Positions 20,623 to 31,021 are shown, counted from the stretch's first letter. The stretch is 64,000 nucleotides of DNA from Bacteroidia bacterium (GCA_051861545.1 JBIMKP010000001.1:96820-160819), one strand, 5' to 3'. Numbers and translations: made by a program. Notes: generated by a model not told the origin, from the sequence alone.

Positions 20623-20973
20623 TTATTTGGGTTGCTGTTGAAGCGCTTCCCAATACTCTACGGCTCGTCTTGTATGCGGAATCACAATTGTTCCCCCAAC
20701 AATATTTGCTACAGCAAAAATTTCAAACATTTGTGATGTTGAAACACCCATATCATAACATTTTCCCAAATGATATTTAATACAATCATCACAACGCAAA
20801 ACCATACTGGCTACCAATCCTAACATCTCTTTAGTTTGAGCAGATAAAGCTCCATCTTCATAAGTATTGGTATCAAGATTAAATAAACGTTTCAAAACCA
20901 GGTTATCTGCACCCAGAATTTTTTCATTCATTTTCTCTCTATACTCATTAAATTCATTAACCTGATCATTCAT
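20623..20973 (-). CDS. Carboxymuconolactone decarboxylase (AhpD-like) family protein
   Basis: ~116 aa with a RCDDCIKYH Cys-x-x-Cys...His core typical of the AhpD/CMD fold. Confidence 0.6.
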   Translation of the reverse strand: MNDQVNEFNEYREKMNEKILGADNLVLKRLFNLDTNTYEDGALSAQTKEMLGLVASMVLRCDDCIKYHLGKCYDMGVSTSQMFEIFAVANIVGGTIVIPHTRRAVEYWEALQQQPK

Positions 20974-20983
20974 ATTATATCAA

Positions 20984-21322
20984 TTAAAGGCTTAATTCTT
21001 TATTAGGATCCCAAAATAACTCTTTGAAAACTAAAATTTTATCATTTTTCACCGCGATACCTTCTGCTTCTAAAAGTTCCTTCATTTCATCACCAAGACC
21101 AAAAAAATGCTTTCCACTCAACACTCCTACCCTATTTACAACTCTATGTGCAGGTACATAAGGAACAATTTTGTGAGAACCATTCATTGCATAACCAACT
21201 AATCTTGCACTTTTTTTTGCTCCTAAATATGCGGCAATTGCTCCATACGATGTTACTCTACCTTTTGGAATCAACCGAACAACATCATAAACATTTTCAA
21301 AAAATGAATAATCTGTAGGCAT
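20984..21322 (-). CDS. MGMT-family DNA-binding protein (alkyltransferase-like; active-site Cys replaced by Ala)
   Basis: IPKGRVTSYGAIAAYLG...ARLVGYAMNGSH...VPAHRVVNRVGVLSG corresponds to the methylguanine-methyltransferase DNA-binding domain. The canonical PCHRV is PAHRV here. Confidence 0.65.
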   Translation of the reverse strand: MPTDYSFFENVYDVVRLIPKGRVTSYGAIAAYLGAKKSARLVGYAMNGSHKIVPYVPAHRVVNRVGVLSGKHFFGLGDEMKELLEAEGIAVKNDKILVFKELFWDPNKELSL

Positions 21323-22326
21323 TATTTTTCCTTGTAAAGAACTTCTAAAAGTGATTGTCCAACAGCTTTTAAAGTATTTCTATCAATTACACTCATATTA
21401 TCACCCAAAGTATGCCAATGTGCAGGAAATGAGCTGTTTGTTTGTTCTGAATAGTGAATAATATCAATCATTGGTATGCCTGAAATTTTATTTACATAAT
21501 AATGATCGTCTGTAATACCGTTTCCTTGGTAATAATAAAAATAGTTACTATAACCCAATTGAACGGCTTGGTCCCAAACTTTCCTTACAGTACTTTCAGC
21601 ATATTTTACACTAATTGATTCCCAAACAAATTTGGCATCTCTAGCACCAACCATATCCAACAAAATACCATAATCAGCTTTATAATTTTTAACATGTGGA
21701 TTCTTAGACCAATATTGTGAACCTAAACAATAGGAATCTTCAAATTGAGGTTTACCTAAATCTTCTGCATCAAAGCAAATAAAATCAATCCCAATTTCAG
21801 GTTTTTTAAGCGACATAACTCTCGCCATTTCAAGCATGACAGCTACACCTGAACCAGCATCATCTGCTGCTAAAATTGGCTCATTGTGTTTTGATTTATC
21901 TGCATCTTGATCGGCATAAGGTCTACTATCCCAATGAGCGGCTACTATCACACGTTTTTTTGCATCAGGATTAAAAGAAGCTATAATATTCCTAATATGA
22001 AGAATTTTTCCATCGAAATTTTTCACATCAGCTTTTTGCTCATAAACTTTATCAGCATAAGAATTAAACTTTGAAACCAACCAATTTCCGCATTTTGTAT
22101 GCCCATCACTATTGGTAAAACGGGGACCAAAATTTACTTGTTCCTGAACAAATAAATAAGCAGAATCTGAATTAAAATCTGGAGAAACTAATACTGGTTT
22201 TACTTGCTCTGTTTGCGTTTCCGTTTTTTGCTTTGAATTTGAACTGGTTTCATCGCCACATGAAGAAAGTAAAATTAAACTCAATCCAGCAAATAAAAGA
22301 AACGGTTTATGATTCGATAAAAACAT
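21322..22326 (-). CDS. M28-family zinc peptidase-like lipoprotein; likely glutaminyl-peptide cyclotransferase
   Basis: Lipoprotein signal (LILLSSCGD). M28 metal-binding blocks AAHWDSRPYAD, DDAGSGVAVMLEMAR and FDAEDLG are present. Size and blocks match bacterial QC-like proteins. Confidence 0.6.
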   Translation of the reverse strand: MFLSNHKPFLLFAGLSLILLSSCGDETSSNSKQKTETQTEQVKPVLVSPDFNSDSAYLFVQEQVNFGPRFTNSDGHTKCGNWLVSKFNSYADKVYEQKADVKNFDGKILHIRNIIASFNPDAKKRVIVAAHWDSRPYADQDADKSKHNEPILAADDAGSGVAVMLEMARVMSLKKPEIGIDFICFDAEDLGKPQFEDSYCLGSQYWSKNPHVKNYKADYGILLDMVGARDAKFVWESISVKYAESTVRKVWDQAVQLGYSNYFYYYQGNGITDDHYYVNKISGIPMIDIIHYSEQTNSSFPAHWHTLGDNMSVIDRNTLKAVGQSLLEVLYKEK

Positions 22327-22333
22327 GATATGA

Positions 22334-23800
22334 TTAATTACTAATTGTATAAGAGGAACCTTCTTTACTGTCTTTTACTTCAATTCCAATTTCCTTTAAT
22401 TGGTCTCTAATTCCATCTGATGCAGCAAAATCTCTTCTGGCTTTTGCAGAAGCTCTTTGTTCAAGAATCATTTTCATAAGACCATCAACTTTAGAATTAT
22501 CTGCTGTTGATTCTTCCATCAAGCCTAAAACATCAAAAACGATATCATTAAATAATTTTCTTAGTTTTACTAAATCAGCTTCAGATATCTTTGATTTTCC
22601 ATCATTGATAGAATTAATCATTCTTACTCCATCAAACAAAGCTGCTAAAGTAATGGGTGTATTAAAATCATCGTTTAAAGCATTGTACACGTTATCTGTA
22701 AGCTCCTCAATATTTACATCAGAACTTGCTGAAGCTTTTAGATTAGGTAGCAACTTCACTGCATTCATTAATCTTTGGAAACCTTTTTCGGCAGCCTGTA
22801 ATGCTTCGTTACTAAAATCTAATGTGCTTCTATAATGTGCTTGTAGCATAAAAAAACGAACAGTCATTGGGCTATATCCTCTTTCTAAAAGTGGATGAGT
22901 ACCAGCAAATAACTCATGAGGAAGAAATGAATTTCCAAGACTCTTACTCATTTTTTGTCCGTTAACTGTTAGCATATTGGTATGAATCCAATATTTAACA
23001 GGCACTTCATGGTTGCAAGCAAGATTCTGAGCTATTTCATTTGTATGATGTGTAGGAACTAAATCCATACCACCACCATGAATATCAAAACTATTTCCTA
23101 AATATTTAGAACTCATAGCTGAACATTCAATATGCCAGCCTGGAAAACCTTCACCCCAAGGACTTGGCCAATGCATAATATGTTCAGGTTTTGCTTTAAT
23201 CCAAAGTGCAAAATCCAATCTACCACGTTTATCATCTTGACCACCTAAATCGCGGGTATTATTGAGTAATTCATCCAAATTCCTTCCAGAAAGTTCTGTG
23301 TAAGGATATTCTTTAGAGAATTTTTCTACATCAAAATAAACAGTACCATTTGATTCATAAGCATACCCATTTTCGATGATTTTTTTTGTCATCTCAATTT
23401 GCTCAATAATATGACCAGTGGCAGTAGGTTCAATACTTGGAGGCCAATTATTAAACAAACGCATTACCTCACGAAAATCGACAGTATAACGTTGAACGAT
23501 TTCCATTGGCTCAAGCTTTTCTAATTTAGCTTTTTTACCAATTTTATCTTCACCTTCATCTGCATCATTTTCTAAGTGCCCAGCATCTGTGATATTTCTA
23601 ACATATCTTACTTTATAACCTAAATGAGTTAAGTATCTAAAGATAATATCAAAGGAAGTGAAAGTTCTTACATTGCCTAAATGCGCATTGCTATATACTG
23701 TTGGTCCGCACACATACATTCCTACAAATGGAGCGTGAATGGGTTCAAAAACCTTGGTTTGTCGGCTAAGTGTATCGTAAATTTTTAAAGGACCTTTCAT
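22334..23800 (-). CDS. cysS: Cysteine--tRNA ligase
   Basis: CGPTVYSNAHLGNVRT is a HIGH-type class I motif and KMSKSLGN is the KMSKS motif. Length and order fit CysS. Confidence 0.9.
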   Translation of the reverse strand: MKGPLKIYDTLSRQTKVFEPIHAPFVGMYVCGPTVYSNAHLGNVRTFTSFDIIFRYLTHLGYKVRYVRNITDAGHLENDADEGEDKIGKKAKLEKLEPMEIVQRYTVDFREVMRLFNNWPPSIEPTATGHIIEQIEMTKKIIENGYAYESNGTVYFDVEKFSKEYPYTELSGRNLDELLNNTRDLGGQDDKRGRLDFALWIKAKPEHIMHWPSPWGEGFPGWHIECSAMSSKYLGNSFDIHGGGMDLVPTHHTNEIAQNLACNHEVPVKYWIHTNMLTVNGQKMSKSLGNSFLPHELFAGTHPLLERGYSPMTVRFFMLQAHYRSTLDFSNEALQAAEKGFQRLMNAVKLLPNLKASASSDVNIEELTDNVYNALNDDFNTPITLAALFDGVRMINSINDGKSKISEADLVKLRKLFNDIVFDVLGLMEESTADNSKVDGLMKMILEQRASAKARRDFAASDGIRDQLKEIGIEVKDSKEGSSYTISN

Positions 23801-23850
23801 ATCAAAAAATATGCACGAATATAAAAGATATTTTGGGCATTCACTGAAAT

Positions 23851-25185
23851 TTACTCAAGCTCTAATTCAACATTTTCGTAAAGTGAATCAAAAACCTCTT
23901 TCCAATTTGCCCAGCCCTCATCTTCATCAAATGAAGAATTGTGCCAAATACTAATGAAATAGCCATTAACACGCTGGGTTTCTCTCTTAAAATGCTGAAT
24001 CATTTGTATAGCATTTTCAGGAGTTAATTTTGAGTAATTTTTAAGACCAACATCCATCAAACAAGATGAATAAATTGTTATTGGCAATACCTCCTGGGTA
24101 CTTAAATCAAAAAACTGAAACGGATAAGAAGTTGATGCTCTAAATCCAGGTGCTTCTGAATAAGCCATGGTGTAATCTTCTGAAATTCCCATATCAACTA
24201 AATTTAGATAGGTTTCAGGTAAACGAATTTTCAGAAAGTGTTGACGTGAAGTTTTTGGATAAACGCCAAATAATTCAAAAAATAATTCCTTTTCTTCCTT
24301 TAATAATTTTCGATTTAAAGCAGAAGCATAAGAAGGATGAATTCCACAAATAGCTTGTGTAAGTAGGAATTTGCATAAGTTTTTCATTTCAACAGATTTC
24401 ATTGAAATATTCTTATCAAAACCACCCCTATCAGACAACAGAAAAAAGAAACGATTTTCAATTCCAGAATCTTTTGCCTTTTGTAAAATCATTTGGTAGG
24501 TGTCGTAAGGATCTTTTTCTACACCATACAAAGCTTTTGTGAAATCAGAAAATTTACCTCTAACCAAGGTTCCAATTGTTTTACGAAACCTAGCAGATGT
24601 TGATAATCCTAAAAACTTAAAAGCAAAATCGATATCAATGGTGCTTATTTGTTTGAAATTATTTTCTCTAAATTGGATAGAAGCATATTGCAGAAGTAAT
24701 TGTTGTTTAAACAAATCAACCCAGGAATCGAGTAAAGGCATATGTAAAAAACCACATCTATAGGCTAAGGAATTTTCTGCCTTATAACGGCCATGCTCAT
24801 CTCTTTTTACATTTGGTTGATATTCTTCGTACCTACTGATAAAATAGAAAAACGATGAGAACAAATCGAAAGGCAATAATTGAGTTGGTTGAGGCAAATC
24901 ATGAGGAATTTCCCAATTGAAAGGGAACATTGTATAATACCAATCCTCATCTTGTTTTATCTCTGGTTCAAAAATGCGAATATCATCTTCATACAATAAA
25001 TTTGAAGCAGGTATATTTACACAATTAGTAAAAATTGAATTGCTGTAATTAATTCTGATGGAACTAGTTTTCTCAAAATAATCAGCATTATCAGTAGTTT
25101 TATATTTTATCCCTAAACGTCTTACAAGGATTTCATCTAAAACATATTTTACTCTGGGAGATTCGTGTGCACAATAAACTAGCAT
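23851..25185 (-). CDS. Hypothetical protein; possibly polysaccharide-deacetylase-family protein
   Basis: The N-terminal pattern MLVYCAHESPRVKYVLDEIL... resembles a ~440-aa Bacteroidetes family usually annotated as polysaccharide deacetylase. This rests on remembered similarity, not on catalytic motifs. It sits immediately downstream of the flippase gene. Confidence 0.4.
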   Translation of the reverse strand: MLVYCAHESPRVKYVLDEILVRRLGIKYKTTDNADYFEKTSSIRINYSNSIFTNCVNIPASNLLYEDDIRIFEPEIKQDEDWYYTMFPFNWEIPHDLPQPTQLLPFDLFSSFFYFISRYEEYQPNVKRDEHGRYKAENSLAYRCGFLHMPLLDSWVDLFKQQLLLQYASIQFRENNFKQISTIDIDFAFKFLGLSTSARFRKTIGTLVRGKFSDFTKALYGVEKDPYDTYQMILQKAKDSGIENRFFFLLSDRGGFDKNISMKSVEMKNLCKFLLTQAICGIHPSYASALNRKLLKEEKELFFELFGVYPKTSRQHFLKIRLPETYLNLVDMGISEDYTMAYSEAPGFRASTSYPFQFFDLSTQEVLPITIYSSCLMDVGLKNYSKLTPENAIQMIQHFKRETQRVNGYFISIWHNSSFDEDEGWANWKEVFDSLYENVELELE

Positions 25186-25253
25186 ATCAAAATAATAAAC
25201 GGCAATTTAATTCAATCGAACGAAAACAGATAATATTAAAGAAAAGAGAAATT

Positions 25254-26570
25254 TTACTTTTTTGCTTGTTCTCTTCCGTATTTAAAGACTTCTAATAATT
25301 GTAAAGGATTTAAAGCTTTTACAAAAAGAGTAAGCGATTGTTTAGGTTGATATAATACCAAAGTGGCAATCATACCCGAATAGTATGTTACTAAAACAGC
25401 ATAAGCCATTCCATTAATTTGGTATTTGGGGATGAAATAAAAAGCTGTAATTAAATAAACAACCAAATTCCAAACCTGAAATAAAATTACAACCTTTTGT
25501 TTATTCATAGCCAGCATCCACATTCCCCAAGCTGTACCAAAAAATACAGGAATTGAACCCCAAATATGTAATTTAAAAACAGCAGGTGATAAATGATATT
25601 TTTCTTTAAAAAGTAATCCAATAACCTGATCTCCTAGTAAAACCCCACCAATTGAAATAAATATAGCTGACCAAATCATTAATGAAGCCAATTGAACATA
25701 TCTTTTAAATTGGAGTTCATAATTATGGCGATTATTGATAATCCCTGGAAAAACTGCGGCACAAATGGCAACTGGAATAAAATAAGAAGCTTCACTCATT
25801 CTAACTGCTGCAGAATATTGACCCACAAAATCTAAATCTCTTAAAAAACGAAGAATTAAAATCTCACCTGATTTTTGGTATAACATCAAAACCAACGAAC
25901 TCAATATCAATGGATAAGAATGAAATAACAACTCTTTAGCTTCAACAAGAGAGAACCTCCATTTTGTAATATCCATTCCTTCCTTTTTAAAGAATCGTAA
26001 TTGATTTATAACAGAAAACCCAGCTTCAAAAACAGCCATTCCAGCAAACCAATATACATGGGCAGAAAAATAAATCAACATCAACTTTACTACTGAAGAA
26101 ACTAGTAGCGTAATTACTTGTCCAATTGCGGTATACTTACCTTTTACTTGCGATTGGAAATAAAAATCTATTACTGCAAATGATTGCAGAGCAATAGATA
26201 AACTTACAATAAAAACAGTAATTGTTTTATCTGGAGTATCTCTTAAAAAAGAATATGCAGTTGAACCAATTACAACCAACAATGCTCCGAAAAGACGCAT
26301 GAAAAAAGTTGTACCTAAAATTTCATTTTTCTTGTCCTTTCTGGTAATGAGTTCTCTTACTACAATGCCATCTAAACCTAAAGTTGAAAGGATTGTAAAA
26401 ATTGAAATTACACTTAATGCATAATTTATTAAACCATATTGCGCTGGACCTAAATATCTAGCAACCAAAACACCAACAAGAATTCCGGAGATAATTCTAG
26501 AGGATTTCTCCAACAACATCCATAGTGAATTGCTGAGGTAATTATTTTTGGGTTCGATTACATTACTCAT
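25254..26570 (-). CDS. Oligosaccharide/polysaccharide flippase (Wzx/MOP superfamily)
   Basis: 438 aa, about 12 predicted TM helices, N-terminal WMLLEKSSRIISGILVGVLVARYLGPAQYG typical of Wzx-like flippases. Confidence 0.65.
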   Translation of the reverse strand: MSNVIEPKNNYLSNSLWMLLEKSSRIISGILVGVLVARYLGPAQYGLINYALSVISIFTILSTLGLDGIVVRELITRKDKKNEILGTTFFMRLFGALLVVIGSTAYSFLRDTPDKTITVFIVSLSIALQSFAVIDFYFQSQVKGKYTAIGQVITLLVSSVVKLMLIYFSAHVYWFAGMAVFEAGFSVINQLRFFKKEGMDITKWRFSLVEAKELLFHSYPLILSSLVLMLYQKSGEILILRFLRDLDFVGQYSAAVRMSEASYFIPVAICAAVFPGIINNRHNYELQFKRYVQLASLMIWSAIFISIGGVLLGDQVIGLLFKEKYHLSPAVFKLHIWGSIPVFFGTAWGMWMLAMNKQKVVILFQVWNLVVYLITAFYFIPKYQINGMAYAVLVTYYSGMIATLVLYQPKQSLTLFVKALNPLQLLEVFKYGREQAKK

Positions 26571-27142
26571 TATTTATTGAATTCATTCATGGTAGGAGCA
26601 AGTCCTCTAAACACAAAACTTTCACACGCTTTAAGCGAATGGTCGATTAAAAGCGGCAAATCAGCTGCTTCGTTTTCATTCCATTTTCCTAATACAAAAT
26701 CAATTTGTTTGCCTTTACTAAAATTACTTCCTATTCCAAATCTTAAACGAGGATAATCTTTAGTAAGCAAACACTCTTGGATATTCTTTAAGCCATTATG
26801 TCCAGCATCGGAGCCAGATGGACGGATTCTAATTTTCCCAAAATCAATTGCTAAATCATCAACCAAAACAAAAATTTGTGATGGAGTTAGTTTAAGTTCT
26901 TGCATCCAATATCTAACAGCTTTGCCACTTAGATTCATAAAAGTAGTTGGTTTAATGACTACTACTTGGCGTCCTTTAATAGAAAATTCAGCAAAATCGG
27001 CATGACGGCCTGGCTGAAAAGCAGCAGAATATTTATTAGCCAAAGCCTCAGCAATATCAAAACCAATATTATGTCGGGTATGTGCATATTCAGAGCCCAT
27101 ATTCCCTAATCCAATGATTAAATACTTCACAATTGAAATCAA
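26570..27142 (-). CDS. pth: Peptidyl-tRNA hydrolase
   Basis: LIIGLGNMGSEYAHTRHNIGF matches the Pth N-terminal signature. 190 aa. Confidence 0.9.
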   Translation of the reverse strand: MISIVKYLIIGLGNMGSEYAHTRHNIGFDIAEALANKYSAAFQPGRHADFAEFSIKGRQVVVIKPTTFMNLSGKAVRYWMQELKLTPSQIFVLVDDLAIDFGKIRIRPSGSDAGHNGLKNIQECLLTKDYPRLRFGIGSNFSKGKQIDFVLGKWNENEAADLPLLIDHSLKACESFVFRGLAPTMNEFNK

Positions 27143-27218
27143 CGAGTTTTTACAAAATTAGGTTATCAAAGCTGAAAAATACTGAATTTATTAAGCAATT
27201 AGCAGTGATATAAAACAA

Positions 27219-27246
27219 AAAACCCCGCAAAAGCGAGGTTTTTTGA
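27219..27246. terminator. Terminator-like hairpin between rplY/ctc and pth
   Basis: aaaaaACCCCGCaaaaGCGAGGTtttttt. The stem has one mismatch and is flanked by A-run and T-run. Confidence 0.5.
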
Positions 27247-27262
27247 AATCTTATAAAAGATA

Positions 27263-27853
27263 TTATTTCTTTTTCTTTCCGCCTTCTTCAGCTTTAGCAG
27301 CTTCTTGAGCAGCACGAGTTGTTTTAACAGAAACAATAGGATTGTTTGGAGAATCTAATAATAGTAAATCACCAGCTACTACATCAGCAACTTTTAATGA
27401 TTTTCCGATTTCTAGAGTTTCTACGTTTAATTCAATAGCATCAGGCAATTGATCAGCCATAGCACGAACGCGTAATTTTTTAGTTTTTACAATTAATTTA
27501 CCACCTTGACGAACACCAATTGAATTTCCAACTAAACGAACAGGAACAGCAACTTCCACTGGTTTTCCTTCAATGATTTCTTGGAAATCAGCATGCATAA
27601 TTGAATCATTCACTGGGTGAAATTGCATGTCTTTTAAGAAAGCATAGTAAACTTTACCTTCAACATCTAATTTTACTTTGTAAGTGTTTGGAGTATAAAC
27701 CAATAATTTAAAATCTGGTTCATAAACAGAGAATTGAACATTATCAGTTCCTCCGTACAAAACGCAAGGTACTCTACCTTCGTTTCTTAATTCTTTGGTT
27801 GACACTTTGCCTAAAGAGGCGCGAGAGTTTCCAAATAAAGCGATAGTTTTCAT
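27263..27853 (-). CDS. rplY: 50S ribosomal protein L25 / general stress protein Ctc
   Basis: MKTIALFGNSRASLGKVSTKELRNEGRVPCVLYGG is the L25/Ctc N-terminal signature. It has the Lys/Ala-rich C-terminal tail typical of the Ctc form. Confidence 0.85.
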   Translation of the reverse strand: MKTIALFGNSRASLGKVSTKELRNEGRVPCVLYGGTDNVQFSVYEPDFKLLVYTPNTYKVKLDVEGKVYYAFLKDMQFHPVNDSIMHADFQEIIEGKPVEVAVPVRLVGNSIGVRQGGKLIVKTKKLRVRAMADQLPDAIELNVETLEIGKSLKVADVVAGDLLLLDSPNNPIVSVKTTRAAQEAAKAEEGGKKKK

Positions 27854-27937
27854 ATATATTTTTAATTTTCGGTTTACTCAAAAATCACCCTGATGGTTAA
27901 ATCAGGATTATTTCCCATCAACTATAGATTCTGCTAA

Positions 27938-28888
27938 TTATTTATTCGACATTTCGAACAAAGAACTAATAGAACCATGCTCAGTAATATTGTGAATAGC
28001 ATCTGCAAATAACTTTGCAACTGATAACACTTTTATTTTAGAGCTTTGACGTGCTAGAGGAATTGTATCACAAACTACCAATTCATCTATTACACTACTT
28101 TCAAGAACTTCATAAGCCTTACCACTTAATACAGGATGTGTACACATGGCTCTTACACTTACAGCACCTTTGTCTTTCAACAATTGAGCAGCTTTTGCCA
28201 AAGTATTTCCTGTATCAATGATATCATCTACCATCATCACATGTTTACCGCTCACATCACCAATTAGGTTCATGGAAGCGATTTCATTTGCACGACGTCT
28301 TTCTTTGTCAACAATAACCATATCACAACCTAAAGCCTTGGCATAAATTCTGGCACGAGCTGAAGAACCCATATCAGGAGAAGCAATGATAACATTATGG
28401 TCTAAATTTAACTCCCTCATATAAGGGAGGAAAATGATAGAAGGATCGAGATGATCAACTGGTATTTCAAAGAAACCTTGGATTTGCGGTGCGTGTAAAT
28501 CCATGGTAATAACTCTGCTGGCCCCAACAACTGTTAGCATATCAGCAATAACTTTTGATCCAATAGAAACGCGAGGTTTGTCTTTTCTATCTTGGCGAGC
28601 CATTCCATAATAAGGAATAACAGCTGTGATATAATGAGCTGAAGCACGTTTTGCGGCATCAATCATTAACAAAAGCTCCATCAAATTATCAGAATTTGAG
28701 AAAGTTGATTGTACAAGAAACACATCACAACCTCTCACCGACTCATTAAAATTTGGCTGAAACTCCCCGTCAGCAAACCTACTGATGGTACAATCGCCTA
28801 GTTCCACTCCATAAGATTCTGCAATCTTTTCAGATAGATAACGAGAATTAGTTCCCGTAAAAATTTTGACTTGGTTACGTACCACCAT
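27938..28888 (-). CDS. prs: Ribose-phosphate pyrophosphokinase
   Basis: KIFTGTNSRYLSEKIAESYGVELGDCTISRFADGE and the PRPP-binding loop VMMVDDIIDTGNTL. Confidence 0.9.
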   Translation of the reverse strand: MVVRNQVKIFTGTNSRYLSEKIAESYGVELGDCTISRFADGEFQPNFNESVRGCDVFLVQSTFSNSDNLMELLLMIDAAKRASAHYITAVIPYYGMARQDRKDKPRVSIGSKVIADMLTVVGASRVITMDLHAPQIQGFFEIPVDHLDPSIIFLPYMRELNLDHNVIIASPDMGSSARARIYAKALGCDMVIVDKERRRANEIASMNLIGDVSGKHVMMVDDIIDTGNTLAKAAQLLKDKGAVSVRAMCTHPVLSGKAYEVLESSVIDELVVCDTIPLARQSSKIKVLSVAKLFADAIHNITEHGSISSLFEMSNK

Positions 28889-28940
28889 TATATTAAAAAT
28901 TATGCAAGTCTACCCTGAAGAAGACTTGCATGAGTTATTT

Positions 28941-29013
28941 GTTGACCGACCAGGTCTCGAACCTGGACTCTTCTGAACCAAAATCAGACGTGTTGCCAAT
29001 TACACCATCGGTC
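28941..29013 (-). tRNA. tRNA-Gln (anticodon UUG)
   Basis: Reverse complement: TGACCGA-T-G-GTGT-AATTGGCA-ACAC-G-TCTGA-TTTTGGT-TCAGA-AGAG-TCCAG-GTTCGAG-ACCTGG-TCGGTCA-A. This folds as a cloverleaf with a 7-bp acceptor stem, a 4-bp D stem, a 5-bp anticodon stem with loop TT-TTG-GT, and a 5-bp T stem with TTCGAG loop. CCA is not encoded. It sits in the conserved position next to prs. Confidence 0.8.
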
Positions 29014-29184
29014 AATTCGGGGAGTGCAAAAGTAGAAATTTTCTGAAAATAGTAAAGCCTTTTTAAAAAAAATTTCACTTTTCTTGAAAAAACTGTCTTT
29101 TATGCCGCAATATTAAGGGTTTACGATGTGAATATGTGAAGAGTTCAAAAGAATTCTGCCGAAATATTATCAGATTTTCGCTTT

Positions 29185-30366
29185 ATGACAGATGTATTTT
29201 GTGTAGCATTGATATTTCCAAGGAGCTCTTATCGCTTCCGGACCTATGCTATGCAATATGCAAAAGCTTTGTTGGAAATGAATAAAATGGTCTGGATTTA
29301 TAGTCCAGATTGGATTTTAGTTAACGAATTTCTACTTAGAAACTTTCCACATAAAGCCGGTTTTTTTAGGTGTTTTCCTGCAGAAGGAAATGATAATCAA
29401 GGAGAAAGTCTTGGAATTGCTAGTGGAAGTTTACATTGGTACAACCTAAGCCGAAGATTAAAACAAACCGAAAAAATGTTGGAAACCAAAATCGACTTGG
29501 TTTTCTTTTGCCCAGTAGACGATTGGATTTCACCAGCTTCAGGAAAAACTCTAATGGATAACCTGTTTCCTTATAACTGGAGCGGATTATTTTTAAATAC
29601 AGCTCATCTATATTCCGAGAAACTAAAATTAAATGCAGATCCTTCAAAAGGTGATCCCGATTATTTATTCTTATCTGAAAATTGTGTGGGGGCTGCAATT
29701 TTAGATAGGTTTAAAAGTCAGGAATTAAAAGGACGTATTTATAAGAAGGTTTTGGTGATGCCCGATATAACAGATTGGACAATCAACCTTGAAGGCAGTA
29801 AATTAGCTAGTCAGATAAAAGCCATGGCTGGAAATAGAATAGTAATAGGTACTATTTTATTAGAAAATGAGGAAGCATCAAGCTTTTTTGAAATGGCAGC
29901 CAATGCATCGAGTGAAAAATACTTTTTTGTATGCACTGGAGAAATGGAAGCGGCAGCTAAAAATAAAGTTAGTCGCAGCGCCCTACAAAAATTAATTATA
30001 GAAAAACACGAAAATAACTTCATCAGCCCAATGAAGCTTGATGATAGTCAGCATCTTAATAGCATAATACAGAGTTTTGATATTTGTTATTTAAACGAAT
30101 CTAGAAACTTTTTACCTCCAAATTTGCTCACCAAAGCCGCTTATTTTCACAAACCAGTAATTGGACATAAAAACCAACTAGAAGGAAAACTGGTAGAAAT
30201 TTTCAAAACTGGATTAGCAGTAGGACCTTATTTACAAGACAATTTGAATGCGCTTGAGATTTTAAGTCAACAAATTCCACAAAATATAAGTGGCATGGAA
30301 AACTACGCAAAACTTCAAGACATTGATAACCTGAAAGAATCATTAGAGCAATTGATGTGGTTTTAG
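29185..30366 (+). CDS. Hypothetical protein (first gene of the plus-strand glycan-modification cluster)
   Basis: 393-aa ORF with no recognisable motif. The true start may be the downstream ATG at 29245 (MQYAKALLEM...). Confidence 0.4.
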   Translation: MTDVFCVALIFPRSSYRFRTYAMQYAKALLEMNKMVWIYSPDWILVNEFLLRNFPHKAGFFRCFPAEGNDNQGESLGIASGSLHWYNLSRRLKQTEKMLETKIDLVFFCPVDDWISPASGKTLMDNLFPYNWSGLFLNTAHLYSEKLKLNADPSKGDPDYLFLSENCVGAAILDRFKSQELKGRIYKKVLVMPDITDWTINLEGSKLASQIKAMAGNRIVIGTILLENEEASSFFEMAANASSEKYFFVCTGEMEAAAKNKVSRSALQKLIIEKHENNFISPMKLDDSQHLNSIIQSFDICYLNESRNFLPPNLLTKAAYFHKPVIGHKNQLEGKLVEIFKTGLAVGPYLQDNLNALEILSQQIPQNISGMENYAKLQDIDNLKESLEQLMWF

Positions 30367-30453
30367 GGAATTGTTAAAAAATGGGATAAGGGTGAAATTT
30401 TAGATTTATTTTTATTTTCGCTGAGAATAAATTTCAATAAAAAAATTAAACCT

Positions 30454-30900
30454 ATGAGAAACATTTTAAAAAAATCAGCAACTTTACTTATTGTTACAAT
30501 CCTAACTGCAGGTCTTTTTTCTTCTTGTAAAAAAGATGAAGAAACAACTACAACAACTTACAATGTTGAAGGATTATGGACAGGAACATACAATGTAAAA
30601 GGTGATGCTGGAATTGGAAATCAACCATTTGTATTAAGCGTTAAAAAAGATGGTTCAGTTTTGGTTGAAACAAAATTCTTTGCTGAATACCAAGTAGCAA
30701 AGGGAACATGGACACTAAGCGGTGACCAATTTTCTTGTTCATATACTTATATTTATGGAGCAGGTGCAAGCACAAATACAACTCAATCAGCTACAGCTAC
30801 TTTTAGTAAAAGTGCTGGAACCTTAACTAATGCTACTTGGGTAAATGTAAATCCAGCTACCGGCCAGAATGGAGCCTTAGTTTTAACAAAGGTTAATTAA
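30454..30900 (+). CDS. Small lipoprotein
   Basis: Signal peptide with lipobox LFSSCKKDEETTTTT. 148 aa, Thr/Gly-rich. Confidence 0.5.
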   Translation: MRNILKKSATLLIVTILTAGLFSSCKKDEETTTTTYNVEGLWTGTYNVKGDAGIGNQPFVLSVKKDGSVLVETKFFAEYQVAKGTWTLSGDQFSCSYTYIYGAGASTNTTQSATATFSKSAGTLTNATWVNVNPATGQNGALVLTKVN

Positions 30901-30927
30901 TAAATAACCTGATAATTAATTTATAAT

Positions 30928-30960
30928 AAACCTGAATTTCATTTTATGAAATTCAGGTTT
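30928..30960 (+). terminator. Rho-independent terminator after the small lipoprotein gene
   Basis: AAACCTGAATTTCATtttATGAAATTCAGGTTT: a perfect 15-bp inverted repeat followed by a T-rich tract. Confidence 0.6.
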
Positions 30961-31021
30961 ATTTATGTTCTTATACATTCACTTTTTCATTGTAGATTAA
31001 AAGTATGTTATTTGAAAAAAA

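Noticed and set aside
28890-29184. Possible mobile-element integration at tRNA-Gln
   Set aside because: No integrase or recombinase ORF follows the tRNA, no duplicated tRNA 3' segment was found at the far side of the accessory block, and composition is uniform with the flanks.
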